64,000 bases of DNA, taken from NCBI GenBank assembly GCA_048938855.1, contig JBHLLT010000005.1:103571-167570 (forward strand), given 5' to 3'. Within the stretch, counting starts at the first letter, position 1. The number at the start of each line of letters is the position of its first letter. This document shows, piece by piece, positions 40,371-51,156 of the stretch. Below the pieces are notes generated by a model. It worked only from the letters and a program-made list of their open reading frames with translations, searched no databases and was not told the origin of the DNA. This DNA comes from Promethearchaeota archaeon (lineage in GTDB: Archaea; Asgardarchaeota; Lokiarchaeia; Sigyniarchaeales; SOKP01). Both the position numbers and the translations under genes were made by a program.

Positions 40371-41846
40371 ATGGAAAAAAAATTAGAAAAGCGTTTAAAC
40401 AAGATTCTCAAAAAAGAAAGATTTCAAGGGAAGATGATTAATTACATGTCTAAAGTAGGAAAACTCTTACTTTTTATATTACCTATTGCCCTCTTAATAG
40501 TTACACTTCTTGCCCTTATTCAAGCACTTGATTTCACGCTAAAAATTGTTTATATGGTAATTTTAGTCATATATACATTTAATTCCTGTATGTTATTGCT
40601 AGGTGCTAACTCTACCGAAAGTTCTCTTAAAATGAGATTAAAATTTGAAAGAAAGCGAGGAAGACCAATTGATAGCCTTGATGGATTTGATTTACTCTCC
40701 AGCAGTGTGAAAAGGGTTACAAACTTATTAAAAATTATTTCACTCATTTGTTTTACTGCCATCGTATTATTTGCGATTATGATAGTTATCAATCTTCTTG
40801 ATATAGGATTTGCTGCTGCGGGTTTTGCACTTGTAGGATTAGGATTATCAATTTTAATCCGTAGTTTAAATCTCAATATTCATGATGTAAACGGTCTTCA
40901 AGATTTCTATAAACCAACTACACATCAAATTTTCCTAGATAACTTTTTCGCTGAAATTTTATCAAATCACTTAGATCCAGTAACATTTCTTAAATGGGAT
41001 GAATATTTAGCAGAATTAAATAAAATCCTAAATCTTGATTTTGTTCAGAAAATAAAAGAAACTGAACCGGATGAATTACCTATAACTTTTGCTATTGAAA
41101 AGTTATTATTTCTTTACTATCTTAAATTTCAAGAAGTTCTATCTGAAGATCAATTAATTCAAGAATTAAGAGAAATCATTGATGTTGATTCGGTTAATTT
41201 TAGCATCGAAAAGGGTGTATATATAGAAGGGGCATGGTATTTTAGCATGAAAGATATATATAAACTTTTTAACTATATAAAGAAATATAATCCTGGCTTT
41301 TTTACTATAATAGACAGATTACAACTAGAATTAGCAGATAATATTGAACGGATATCAAAAGATCCTATATATCTTGACTCTACAGCTCAAGAAGTAGTGT
41401 ATCTTAATTCAGAATTAAATATTTTTGTATATTTGTATAACAATCATCCTGAAGCAAAGAAATTCACAGTTAAAGTGAATGCACCTGGTTTCGAACCTTC
41501 AAAGCTTAAATTAGATGTACAAGTAGAAGGTGTAGGGGAATTTGTTATTCCAAATGCTCCTATTCCCTTAATATCATCTGAGAGTAGAGATATTGTCGGA
41601 GTTTTGTCAACTATGTTAGAAAATGGAGATACAACTTGGTTAACATTAGAACCTCGCGAAACGGGAGAACAAACGATACAAATATTTTTATTGTCTGAAG
41701 ATGGAACGATAATAGAAGGAAAAACAAGGGTAGTAAAAGTAACAAAAAATATTAAAGATTACCTTAAAAAATTAAGTTCAATTGGAAGTCTTTTAGGCGG
41801 ATTAGCAGTACCTATTGCTCGAATTTTACCAGCATTTCTGACTTAA
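40371..41846 (+). CDS. Hypothetical membrane protein (4 N-terminal TMs, soluble helical region, beta-rich C-terminal domain)
   Basis: 491 aa ORF; hydropathy pattern. Confidence 0.75.
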   Translation: MEKKLEKRLNKILKKERFQGKMINYMSKVGKLLLFILPIALLIVTLLALIQALDFTLKIVYMVILVIYTFNSCMLLLGANSTESSLKMRLKFERKRGRPIDSLDGFDLLSSSVKRVTNLLKIISLICFTAIVLFAIMIVINLLDIGFAAAGFALVGLGLSILIRSLNLNIHDVNGLQDFYKPTTHQIFLDNFFAEILSNHLDPVTFLKWDEYLAELNKILNLDFVQKIKETEPDELPITFAIEKLLFLYYLKFQEVLSEDQLIQELREIIDVDSVNFSIEKGVYIEGAWYFSMKDIYKLFNYIKKYNPGFFTIIDRLQLELADNIERISKDPIYLDSTAQEVVYLNSELNIFVYLYNNHPEAKKFTVKVNAPGFEPSKLKLDVQVEGVGEFVIPNAPIPLISSESRDIVGVLSTMLENGDTTWLTLEPRETGEQTIQIFLLSEDGTIIEGKTRVVKVTKNIKDYLKKLSSIGSLLGGLAVPIARILPAFLT

Positions 41847-42073
41847 AAAATTTTTTTCTTATTTTTTCTTATAGATTTTTTTCTTTAATCTATTAATTTA
41901 TTTATTATTTTTTTCCTAAACCATTAATAGAATATCCCATGTAGAATTTTTGTCGCATAAATTTAAATATAAATACTTGACTAGTAATGTGTTTGAATTA
42001 AATAAATAGGAAAGGATAGATTTTATCTTTAAATCTCGTTTCAATAAAATGAAAAGCTAATTCTTTTAAAAAA

Positions 42074-44173
42074 GTGGTGAAAATAAAATTGATTGTGTCA
42101 GAGCTTTATCAAAATGAAGAAATGTTTAAAGAACTTTTTGAGAATATAAACACAGGAGTTGCGATATATGAAACTAAAGATAATGGGGAGAGTTTCATAG
42201 TTAGAGAAATGAACATTGCAGGATTAAAATTTTGGGAACTTACTAGAAATGATCTTATTGGGAAAAATCTTCTTGATGTATTTCCAAATGTGGATGAGTT
42301 AGGATTTATAGATATTTTAAGAATGGTTTGGAAAACGGGAAGCCCTAAGCGTACTCCATCAGCTTTACATCAAGATGACAGAATGTATGGTTGGACTGAA
42401 ATGTATATTTATAGATTACCATCAAAAAAAGTCGTTACAATTTTTGAAACTCAAACAAAACTAATTGAAGCTGAAAAAAAACGTAGAGAAACAGAAAACA
42501 AATTAGAGAGACTAAATAAGGAGTTAGAAGAAAGAATTAAGGAAAGCTCTAAGGAATTAAAAGAATCAGAGGAGAAATATCGCAAATTATTTGAAAATTC
42601 TCCTATTGCAATTATGGAACAAGATTATTCTGAGGTAAAAAGTTATGTGGATCAATTAAAATTATCAGGAATTACTGATTTTGAGAAATTTCTTGATGAG
42701 AACCCTAAAGAAGTTGTAAAGTTAATGGCAATGGGTAAAGTAATTGATGCGAATAAAAAAACTTTGGAGATATACAAAGCCAGTAATAAAGAGGAGTTCA
42801 TTTCAAAAGCCAATCACTTAGCAGAAATAAATGAGCATAACCTTACTGATGAGGTTTTGGATTATAATAAAAAAGAATATCTCTCTTTCATTAAAGGAGA
42901 AACAATTTATGAATCAGAAATTGCTTCCAAAACCTTCACAGAAGATAAAATCTATTTACATGCAAAAACTTCAATATTGCCTGGATTTGAGAATTCATGG
43001 GCAAAAGTTGTAGTTACTCTTATGGATGTAACTGAAAATAAAATTGCTGAAGAGAAATTAAAGGAATCTGAAGAAAAGTTTAAAACTCTTGCTGATCAAT
43101 CATTGATGGGTATTTTCATTATCCAAGACAATAAAACAATGTATGCTAATCAAAAACTTGCTGATATGATGGGTTATCCATTTGAACAGGTAATCAACAG
43201 GACCTTAGAAGAACAATTGATAAGAGTTCATCCTGATGATAGAAAATTTGTTGAAGAACAAGCAATAAAAAAACAAAAGGGAGAAAAAGATGTTGTAAAT
43301 CAATATCAATTTCGTTATATTAAAGAATCAGGAGAATTAATGTGGATCGAGGTGTATTCCAAAACGATATTATATGGAGGGAAGTCCGCCAATTTTGTAA
43401 CGTTCATAGATATAACGGATCAGAAAAAAATTGAAAAGGCATTACAAGAATCTGAGGAGAAATATCGAAAAGCATACTACCAAGCGAACTTATATAGGGA
43501 TATTTTCGCTCATGATATTAACAATATTCTTCAAAATATTTGTTCTTCAGTTGAATTAAGCTCACTTTATCTTAATAACCCTGAAAAGCTTCACACTATC
43601 AAGGAATTATATGAAATCGTAGACGAACAAGTTAATCGAGCAAAAAAACTCATATTAAATGTAAGAAAAATAACTGAATTAGATGAATCTGAAATTGTTT
43701 TGGATAAAATAGAAGCTAACTATATATTAAAAAGTGCCATAGAGTTTTTGGAATCAAGTTTTCAAAGAAGAAATATTAATATTAAAATTAACACGCCCAT
43801 GAAAAAAAATTATGTTTATGCGGATAATCTCTTATTAGATGTGTTTGAAAATATTTTAATTAATGCCGTTAGATATAATAATAAGTCCACAATTGATATC
43901 GTAATCGATATTACTAAAGAACAAAAAGAAGATAAAAGTTATGTTAAAATGGAATTTAAAGATAATGGAATAGGTATTTCTGATTATCGTAAGAAAAGCA
44001 TATTCGAAAGAGGAACAAAGAAATCACAAAAAAGTAAAGGAATGGGGTTAGGTTTATCTTTAGTAAAGAAAATAATTGATAGATATATAGGAAAAATTTG
44101 GGTCGAGGATAGAATAGAGGGAGATTATAAACAAGGAAGTAATTTTATAATTATGATTCCTTCTGCTTCTTAA
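42074..44173 (+). CDS. Multi-PAS sensor histidine kinase
   Basis: Three PAS-like units (VHPDDR, DIT), H-box AHDINN, NILINA, DNGIG, GMGLGL. Confidence 0.93.
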   Translation: MVKIKLIVSELYQNEEMFKELFENINTGVAIYETKDNGESFIVREMNIAGLKFWELTRNDLIGKNLLDVFPNVDELGFIDILRMVWKTGSPKRTPSALHQDDRMYGWTEMYIYRLPSKKVVTIFETQTKLIEAEKKRRETENKLERLNKELEERIKESSKELKESEEKYRKLFENSPIAIMEQDYSEVKSYVDQLKLSGITDFEKFLDENPKEVVKLMAMGKVIDANKKTLEIYKASNKEEFISKANHLAEINEHNLTDEVLDYNKKEYLSFIKGETIYESEIASKTFTEDKIYLHAKTSILPGFENSWAKVVVTLMDVTENKIAEEKLKESEEKFKTLADQSLMGIFIIQDNKTMYANQKLADMMGYPFEQVINRTLEEQLIRVHPDDRKFVEEQAIKKQKGEKDVVNQYQFRYIKESGELMWIEVYSKTILYGGKSANFVTFIDITDQKKIEKALQESEEKYRKAYYQANLYRDIFAHDINNILQNICSSVELSSLYLNNPEKLHTIKELYEIVDEQVNRAKKLILNVRKITELDESEIVLDKIEANYILKSAIEFLESSFQRRNINIKINTPMKKNYVYADNLLLDVFENILINAVRYNNKSTIDIVIDITKEQKEDKSYVKMEFKDNGIGISDYRKKSIFERGTKKSQKSKGMGLGLSLVKKIIDRYIGKIWVEDRIEGDYKQGSNFIIMIPSAS

Positions 44174-44300
44174 ATCCCAAGAATATAATCTTCTTTAATA
44201 CATACTTAGTTAATGGAAAATAAAATTGTTCTATTCCCTCAAAATTATCCTTTAAAATATTACTATAAACTTTAAAAGGTATACAGATGAAAATGAAATT

Positions 44301-45818
44301 ATGGAAACATATGACTTAGTTGTGATTGGGAGTGGAGTAGGATTAACTGTTCTAAATATGGGCCTTCAATTCGGAATGAAATGTGCACTTTTAGAAAACA
44401 CTAAAATGGGAGGTACATGTTTAACGAGGGGGTGCATCCCTTCTAAAGTACTAGTTTATCCTGCTGATTTAATCCGAGAATCCCAACATGCTAATAAAGT
44501 TGGTATAAAATTCAACATTGAGAATATCGATTGGGAACTAATTACTAAAAGAATGTGGTCCCAAATCGATGAAAGCAAACTGATTGAAGAAGGGCTTTCC
44601 ACCGTTTCTAATTTAGACGTGTATAAGGGGATAGGTGAATTTATAGGAGAATATGAAATGAAAGTTCTTGATAAAAAGGGAAAAGAAATGGGGCATTTTA
44701 AAGGTAAGCGTTTTGTTATTGCTTCGGGAGCAAGATCTTTCATACCTCCGATAGAAGGAATAGATGATATGGATTATATCACTAATGAAAATTTCTTTGG
44801 TGATAGGTTTCCAAAAAAACCATGGAAAAGCCTCATTATAATTGGAGGTGGTGTAATAGCAGCGGAATTTGCTCATATATTCTCTGCGATGGGAACTGAT
44901 GTAACAGTGGTAGAGATGCTACCACGCTTAATTATAACAGAAGAACCTGAGATTAGTCATTTTTTAGAAAATAATTTTAGTAAACATATGAAAGTTTTAG
45001 TAAATGAAAAGGCAATAAAGACATACTGGAAGAAGAAACAAAAAGCTGTCTTGATTAAAAATATGCAGACCGGAGTAGAAAAGGAAATATTAGCAGAGGA
45101 AATTCTCATTGCAGCAGGACGAAAATCTAATGCTGATTTATTAAAAGTAGAAAATAGTGGTGTAGAAACAGATAAAAGAGGTTGGATAAAAACCAATCAA
45201 TACCTTGAAACAAATAAACCGAATATATGGTGTATTGGTGATGCCAATGGGTTATACCAATTCCGTCATAAGGCAAATTATGAGGCAGAAATTTGCACGA
45301 ATAACATATTTAGACCAGAAGATCAAAAGAGATCTGCTGATTATTCTGCAGTACCCTGGGCTATCTTTACATACCCCCAAATAGGACATGTTGGAATGAC
45401 TCAAGCAGAAGCTATTGATAACGGTTATGAAATTTATGTAGCAATGAAAAATTATTCTAGCATAGCAAAAGGTTTTGCTTTGGGCTTCGAAAAGGGGCAA
45501 GATGATGATGGTTTTGTAAAATTAATTGTTGATAAATCTTATAAAATATTAGGAGCACATGTTATAGGACCTCATGCTGCTCTTTTAATACAACCTTTTG
45601 TTTATTTGATGAATTCTGGTTTCACCTGTAGTTTACCTGAAGATATGGATGAAATAGATATACCTAAAGTAGAAAGAGCTTGTCCAGAAGCAGGTTCTTT
45701 TATGCCTATTTATAAATCAATGGTAATTCATCCCTCTCTTAATGAAGTTACCGGTTGGGCAATCGGTAATTTAAAACCTGTAAATATCAAAATGGAACAC
45801 CATCATCACCACCATTAA
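44301..45818 (+). CDS. Flavoprotein disulfide reductase (dihydrolipoamide dehydrogenase/mycothione reductase-like) with C-terminal His6
   Basis: GSG.G, GGTCLTRGCIPSK redox disulfide, GGGVIAAE, IGDANG, IHPSLNE. Confidence 0.9.
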   Translation: METYDLVVIGSGVGLTVLNMGLQFGMKCALLENTKMGGTCLTRGCIPSKVLVYPADLIRESQHANKVGIKFNIENIDWELITKRMWSQIDESKLIEEGLSTVSNLDVYKGIGEFIGEYEMKVLDKKGKEMGHFKGKRFVIASGARSFIPPIEGIDDMDYITNENFFGDRFPKKPWKSLIIIGGGVIAAEFAHIFSAMGTDVTVVEMLPRLIITEEPEISHFLENNFSKHMKVLVNEKAIKTYWKKKQKAVLIKNMQTGVEKEILAEEILIAAGRKSNADLLKVENSGVETDKRGWIKTNQYLETNKPNIWCIGDANGLYQFRHKANYEAEICTNNIFRPEDQKRSADYSAVPWAIFTYPQIGHVGMTQAEAIDNGYEIYVAMKNYSSIAKGFALGFEKGQDDDGFVKLIVDKSYKILGAHVIGPHAALLIQPFVYLMNSGFTCSLPEDMDEIDIPKVERACPEAGSFMPIYKSMVIHPSLNEVTGWAIGNLKPVNIKMEHHHHHH

Positions 45819-45887
45819 TACTCCTGTAGAAAACTGCTTCTTTCAAATATTCTAAATTTATTTTAAAGTTTCTCAAAAAGAATACAT

Positions 45888-46097
45888 AAAAAAATTGAAA
45901 TTCTTGTTTCAAAAGAAGATATTGAAGTCGAGTAATTTATTAAAATTTAATTCGCTGATAATGGTGATGGTATTGAAGTCATTAGAACTCTTCAAATAGA
46001 GGAATGGGTTTGGTATTGTCGCTTGTTAAAAAGACCATAAACCGATATAATGGAAAAAGGAAGTAATTTTGTACTCTCAATACCAAAAGTCATTTAA
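45888..46097 (+). pseudogene. Decayed histidine kinase HATPase fragment
   Basis: KKIEILVSKEDIEVE*FIKI*FADNGDGIE / RGMGLVLSLVKKTINRYNGK / KGSNFVLSIP*, with two stops and two frameshifts. Confidence 0.75.
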
Positions 46098-46174
46098 TGC
46101 TAATTCACTTTTTTGAGTTATTATATATACTCAACCATCAACTATTTAGATTTATAAACAAATATTAAGATTAG

Positions 46175-48109
46175 ATGGTAATAAAAAACTCTAGTTCCAA
46201 AACTGATAAGACAATAGGACAAATTTTCACTTCAAGTTATATTGCTGAATTTATGGTTAATAACCTTAAAAAGTATATAATAGACTGGAAAACTAATCCT
46301 AACACTATAAGGATTTTGGAGCCTTCAGTAGGAGAAGGTATATTTTTAAAATTTCTCCTAAAAAATAATTTTACTGATATAACTGCTTATGAAATAGATA
46401 CTAGCCTAAAAGAAAATCTATTAAATTTGTATCCGAATGTAGAGTTCCACTTTGAAAATTTTTTAGGAGCCGGTTTCGATGAAAAATTTGATATCATAAT
46501 TGGAAATCCCCCATATTTAGGCCAAAATTACAATTCTGAAGTATTTCAAGATTATGTTAAAAAGTTTTCGTTATGTAAAAAATACTTTATAGGAAATATG
46601 GATTTTTTTTATTATTTTATTCATATGGGAATAGAAAAGTTGAATCCCGGCGGACTATTAACCTTTATAACTACAAATTACTGGATTACTAAATCTAAAA
46701 AAACTGGAATAAAGTATCTCAAACCTCATATATTAGAAGAGTGTTTTTTACTACAATATATAGATTTATCGCATTTACAACTGTTTGAGGGTGCTAAAGG
46801 GCAGCATAATTGTATCTTTGTTCTGCAGAAAAAGACTGAACAAGATAAATTTCAAAAAAAAAATAGAAATATTGAAGTAATCCAACTATTTAGAGTAAAA
46901 AATTTGAATCAAAACTCTTTTAATGAGACAATTCTGAGAGATCTAATGTATAACGTGGAGTCAAACAAAATCAAGAAATATACTTCAGCATTAACAAATC
47001 ATGATTTAAGAAAAGATCACAGTTGGAATCTTCTCTATTCAGAGGAGGTTAAATCATTTACAGATAAATTTGAGAAATATTGTAAAGTTCAAGGAAAAAT
47101 TTCATTGTTGAAAGATTTTTTTATAATTCGCAATGGTTTAATTCTTATAAAGGATTCAATATTCATTCTAAATGAGGGAAAAGACTTAAAAATTAGGAAG
47201 AATGATTTTTTTATCAATATAAATGGTGAATTCATAAAACTAAATAATATCGAGAAATATAGAATAAAGAGAATATATAAAAGTAAATCCATAAAGCCTT
47301 TTGGATATCAAAAAGAAAAAAATGGTAGATATCTAATATATTTTAATAAAAACGAATTTAATTCAGAAAAAGTCCAAAATAGAAACATAATCATAGAATC
47401 TAAATATCAAACTCTTTCTAAATATTTAAAACAATTCAAATTTGAATTAGAAGATATATTAACTAATGCAAAAGAAAATCCAGAAGATATATATTTCCCA
47501 AGAAGAGGTTCTTTTATTAGAATGTTCAACCAAAAGAATATTGAAACCTTATTAGATCTCGAACCTCTATATGACTCACACCCTAAAATATTCTTCAAAT
47601 ATATATCAGAAGAAAATGTTTTTGGATATTCAGATGAGCAATATTATGCTACATCAGACACTTATTTTCTTTGGCCAAAGATTCCAGAAGAAAATATTGA
47701 CTATTTATTTATTTTAGCATACCTAAACTCTAAAGTGGTACAATTTTTATACAAGGCAAAAAATATTAAAATTAAACGGAGTAAAACTAAACTCGAGCAA
47801 GTTTTACCAATTCCCAATTTAGAAAATTTTCAAACTCCAGGGAAAATTGAAATTGTAAATCTAATTAAAATTCTTACTAAATTTCTAATAACAAATAGTA
47901 TTGATAATAAACTGTTGAATAATAATTTAAGATCTCTAGCTCATTTTTCAGGTATGAATTATAATGAGAGTAAGAATAGAATTTTTGAAGCGATAAAACT
48001 AAAAAAAAATGATCTTATCAGTGAATATATAGACTATCTTTTCTATCAATTGTTTGAAATAAGTGAAAGCAAGTTGAATTTCTTATTAAAAAAATATTAT
48101 AACCCTTAA
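46175..48109 (+). CDS. N6-adenine DNA methyltransferase (gamma class, Eco57I/TaqI-like), no adjacent endonuclease
   Basis: GQIFT, ILEPSVGEGIFL (motif I), IIGNPPY (motif IV), LAYLNS in C-terminal TRD-like part. Confidence 0.88.
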   Translation: MVIKNSSSKTDKTIGQIFTSSYIAEFMVNNLKKYIIDWKTNPNTIRILEPSVGEGIFLKFLLKNNFTDITAYEIDTSLKENLLNLYPNVEFHFENFLGAGFDEKFDIIIGNPPYLGQNYNSEVFQDYVKKFSLCKKYFIGNMDFFYYFIHMGIEKLNPGGLLTFITTNYWITKSKKTGIKYLKPHILEECFLLQYIDLSHLQLFEGAKGQHNCIFVLQKKTEQDKFQKKNRNIEVIQLFRVKNLNQNSFNETILRDLMYNVESNKIKKYTSALTNHDLRKDHSWNLLYSEEVKSFTDKFEKYCKVQGKISLLKDFFIIRNGLILIKDSIFILNEGKDLKIRKNDFFININGEFIKLNNIEKYRIKRIYKSKSIKPFGYQKEKNGRYLIYFNKNEFNSEKVQNRNIIIESKYQTLSKYLKQFKFELEDILTNAKENPEDIYFPRRGSFIRMFNQKNIETLLDLEPLYDSHPKIFFKYISEENVFGYSDEQYYATSDTYFLWPKIPEENIDYLFILAYLNSKVVQFLYKAKNIKIKRSKTKLEQVLPIPNLENFQTPGKIEIVNLIKILTKFLITNSIDNKLLNNNLRSLAHFSGMNYNESKNRIFEAIKLKKNDLISEYIDYLFYQLFEISESKLNFLLKKYYNP

Positions 48110-48227
48110 CAAAATTGATTATTCATGCTCCATATCCTTATTATTCAGAATCAATAAGTTTTTATAACTATAATAGTATATTTTATATGTAAATTGTTGA
48201 TTGACAAACTCTTATTGATCACAAAAG

Positions 48228-48848
48228 GTGAAAAATATGCCAGATGAATTTGATGATTTTATTGACGCAATTAAAAAATATTTTAAAATAGACTCAGATA
48301 TGGTTGATGTTGATTTCTTATTTATTCCAGAATCGAAAAATAATCTAAATTTAGATTCCCAAAATAATATGGAGAAGGGATTCAAGATATCATATCATTT
48401 TGAAGCAGGTATGAAAAAACCCGAATTTAAGTTTGAAGGAAATGTTGACAATAAAAAAATTCGAGATATAATAAAAAATTTAAATTTATCAAAATATCCA
48501 ACTTCAAAAAAACGATTTGAGAGTAGCTCTCAAAAAGAAATTGATGTTAAACAACTTTCCTTAGATATTCCTGAACAAGAACAGGTTTTAGCAGTAGCAG
48601 AACCACTGACTGAGATTAATGATTATAAGGAGTATTCTGAAATTATACTTGATATTCCTGGGATTAATAAAGAAGACGTTAGGATAAATATAATTGAAAA
48701 AGGAACTAAACTACTATTTACTGCTGAAAATTCTAGTAGAAAATATAAAAAGATAGTGTCCTTACCTTTCAAAGCGTCTACTAATAATTATGAAGTGGAA
48801 GTTAAGAATGGATTAGCTATTATTAACTTAAAGAAACTATATATATAA
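48228..48848 (+). CDS. hsp20: Hsp20/alpha-crystallin family protein
   Basis: EPLTEI...DIPGINKEDV...RKYKKIVSLP...KNGLAII. Confidence 0.85.
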   Translation: MKNMPDEFDDFIDAIKKYFKIDSDMVDVDFLFIPESKNNLNLDSQNNMEKGFKISYHFEAGMKKPEFKFEGNVDNKKIRDIIKNLNLSKYPTSKKRFESSSQKEIDVKQLSLDIPEQEQVLAVAEPLTEINDYKEYSEIILDIPGINKEDVRINIIEKGTKLLFTAENSSRKYKKIVSLPFKASTNNYEVEVKNGLAIINLKKLYI

Positions 48849-48899
48849 TAATTAAAATTTAATAATATGAGAATAAATTTAATTGAGTGATGAGCAAAT

Positions 48900-51125
48900 A
48901 TGAGTGGGATTACTCGAGAATATAGTGGAAATGGAATAAAAGTAAGAATAAAGGATGCATATAAAGGAGATGCTGGAAGAGGTCGGATAAGAATAGATCC
49001 TGATGTAATTGATGAACTTGAACTTCGAACTGGTGATGTAATTGAAATTGCCCATGAGATGAATGGGCGAAAAACTGCAGCTCTTTTATTTCCAGGGAAA
49101 ATAGAGGATAAAGGGACAAATACAGCAAGAATAGATTCCTCATTGAGAAGAAACATTGGAGCCTCATTAGATGATATTGTGGAAATTCGCAAAATTGAAG
49201 CAAGTTTAGCAGAACGGATAACATTTGCAGGATATGAAGAATCAATAATTTTAAGAACACCTCAACAACTGACACAAATTTTGGAAAATCGAGTTGTCAC
49301 TCGAGGAGATATTTTAAGCTTCAATGCTATGGGTCGTAGAATAGATCTTGTTGTTATTGATTACCATCCTAAAGCTGATGCGGTTCGGATTGATTTAGAC
49401 ACAAAAATAACTATGTCCGAAAAAAGTAGCAAAGAACTTGAAGAATTAGAAAGAAGAAAAGTGACATATGAAGATATAGGCGGATTGGAAGAGGAAATTC
49501 AAAGGATTCGTGAAATGATTGAATTACCTATAAGACACCCTGAATTATTCAAAAGGATTGGTATTGATCCACCTAAAGGAGTATTGCTACATGGTCCACC
49601 TGGTACAGGAAAAACATTGTTAGCGAGAGCAGTAGCTGGAGAAACAGATGCATACTTTGAAACAATCAGTGGACCAGAAATTATGAGTAAATTTTACGGT
49701 CAAAGTGAAGAAAATCTTCGCAAGGTTTTTGAGAAGTCTAAAGAAATGGCCCCATCAATAATATTTATAGATGAATTAGATTCAATTGCCCCTAAGAGGG
49801 GTGAAGTTACTGGTGAAGTAGAACGAAGAGTGGTAGCCCAACTACTTTCACTATTAGATGGTTTAGAAGGAAGAGGAGAAGTAATTGTTATAGGGGCAAC
49901 AAATCGAGTTAATGATATCGATCCTGCTCTCAGACGCCCAGGACGGTTTGATAGAGAAATTGAGATTGGGGTTCCCGATACTGATGGAAGATATGAGATT
50001 TTATTGATTCATACGCGTGGAATGCCATTAGATAGTGATGTTAATCTTCGTCTTATCGCTGAAAAAACTCATGGTTTTGTAGGAGCGGATATTGAAGCCT
50101 TGGCAAAAGAGGCTGCTATGTTAGCAATAAGAGAATTATTACCAAAAATAGATTTAGATAAACCAATACCTCTTGAAATCCTAAAGGATCTCCAGATTAA
50201 AATGGAAAATTTTGAATCTGCTAGAACTAGTATTGAGCCTTCAGCTTTACGAGAAGTATTAATCAGCCAGCCCACTGAGACATGGGATGATATTGGAGGA
50301 TTGAAAGAGGCTAAACAACAACTCCAAGAAGTTATAGAATGGCCTTTAAAATATCCAGAATTATACAGTCATTTGCACTCTAAACCACCTAGCGGTATAT
50401 TACTTTATGGACCACCTGGAACAGGAAAGACACTTTTAGCAAAAGCTTTAGCCCATGAAAGTGAAGTAAATTTTATTTCAGTAAAAGGACCCGAATTTTT
50501 ATCTAAATGGGTAGGGGAGAGTGAAAAAGCCGTAAGGGAAACCTTCCGAAAAGCAAGATCAGCATCTCCATGTATAATATTTTTTGATGAAATTGATGCT
50601 ATTGCAGGGATGAGGGGGAGATTTGCTAGTTCTCAAGTTACGGAGCAAGTCGTGTCCCAATTATTAACTGAAATGGATGGATTGGAGGGTCTTAAAGATG
50701 TAATTTTATTGGCCGCAACAAATAGATCAGATATGTTAGATCCTGCGTTATTAAGATCAGGGAGATTTGGTAGACATATTGAAATCCCCCTACCAGACAA
50801 GGATGCTCGTATTGAAATATTTAAAATTCATCTCAAAAATAAACCTTTAGCGGAAGATGTAGATATTAACCAAATGGCGCAAGATTTGGAAGGGTATACT
50901 GGGGCTGACATTCAAGCAATTGCAGAAGAAGCTACACTTTTGACAATTAGAGATGCAGTTGCAGATTCAAGTATTAATACTCAGAATGCTGAGTCTGTTA
51001 AAGTGGTGAAAATCTCAAAAGCTCAACTTGACAAAGCTATTGAAAAAGTCTTAAAATCGGCGGATAAAGCCAAAATATCTCATGAAATGTATGCCAAAGA
51101 ACCTTCAGAAGAATTATATCGTTAA
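48900..51125 (+). CDS. cdc48: CDC48/VAT AAA+ ATPase
   Basis: N-domain [10 protein letters not shown]; two GPPGTGKT Walker A and FIDE/FFDE Walker B motifs; ALRRPGRFD. Confidence 0.97.
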   Translation: MSGITREYSGNGIKVRIKDAYKGDAGRGRIRIDPDVIDELELRTGDVIEIAHEMNGRKTAALLFPGKIEDKGTNTARIDSSLRRNIGASLDDIVEIRKIEASLAERITFAGYEESIILRTPQQLTQILENRVVTRGDILSFNAMGRRIDLVVIDYHPKADAVRIDLDTKITMSEKSSKELEELERRKVTYEDIGGLEEEIQRIREMIELPIRHPELFKRIGIDPPKGVLLHGPPGTGKTLLARAVAGETDAYFETISGPEIMSKFYGQSEENLRKVFEKSKEMAPSIIFIDELDSIAPKRGEVTGEVERRVVAQLLSLLDGLEGRGEVIVIGATNRVNDIDPALRRPGRFDREIEIGVPDTDGRYEILLIHTRGMPLDSDVNLRLIAEKTHGFVGADIEALAKEAAMLAIRELLPKIDLDKPIPLEILKDLQIKMENFESARTSIEPSALREVLISQPTETWDDIGGLKEAKQQLQEVIEWPLKYPELYSHLHSKPPSGILLYGPPGTGKTLLAKALAHESEVNFISVKGPEFLSKWVGESEKAVRETFRKARSASPCIIFFDEIDAIAGMRGRFASSQVTEQVVSQLLTEMDGLEGLKDVILLAATNRSDMLDPALLRSGRFGRHIEIPLPDKDARIEIFKIHLKNKPLAEDVDINQMAQDLEGYTGADIQAIAEEATLLTIRDAVADSSINTQNAESVKVVKISKAQLDKAIEKVLKSADKAKISHEMYAKEPSEELYR

Positions 51126-51156
51126 TAATTTAAAAAAAATCAATTAAACAAAAAAA

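Noticed and set aside
45798-45818. His6 tail as cloning-vector contamination
   Set aside because: Mixed CAC/CAT codons, no vector or linker sequence, and native AT-rich flanks
48788-50275. Minus-strand ORFs over cdc48, and the similar short overlapping ORFs in ths, pckG, hdrA, metF, the reductase, the MTase, dapB and the kinases
   Set aside because: Antisense or alternative-frame shadows of well-supported genes
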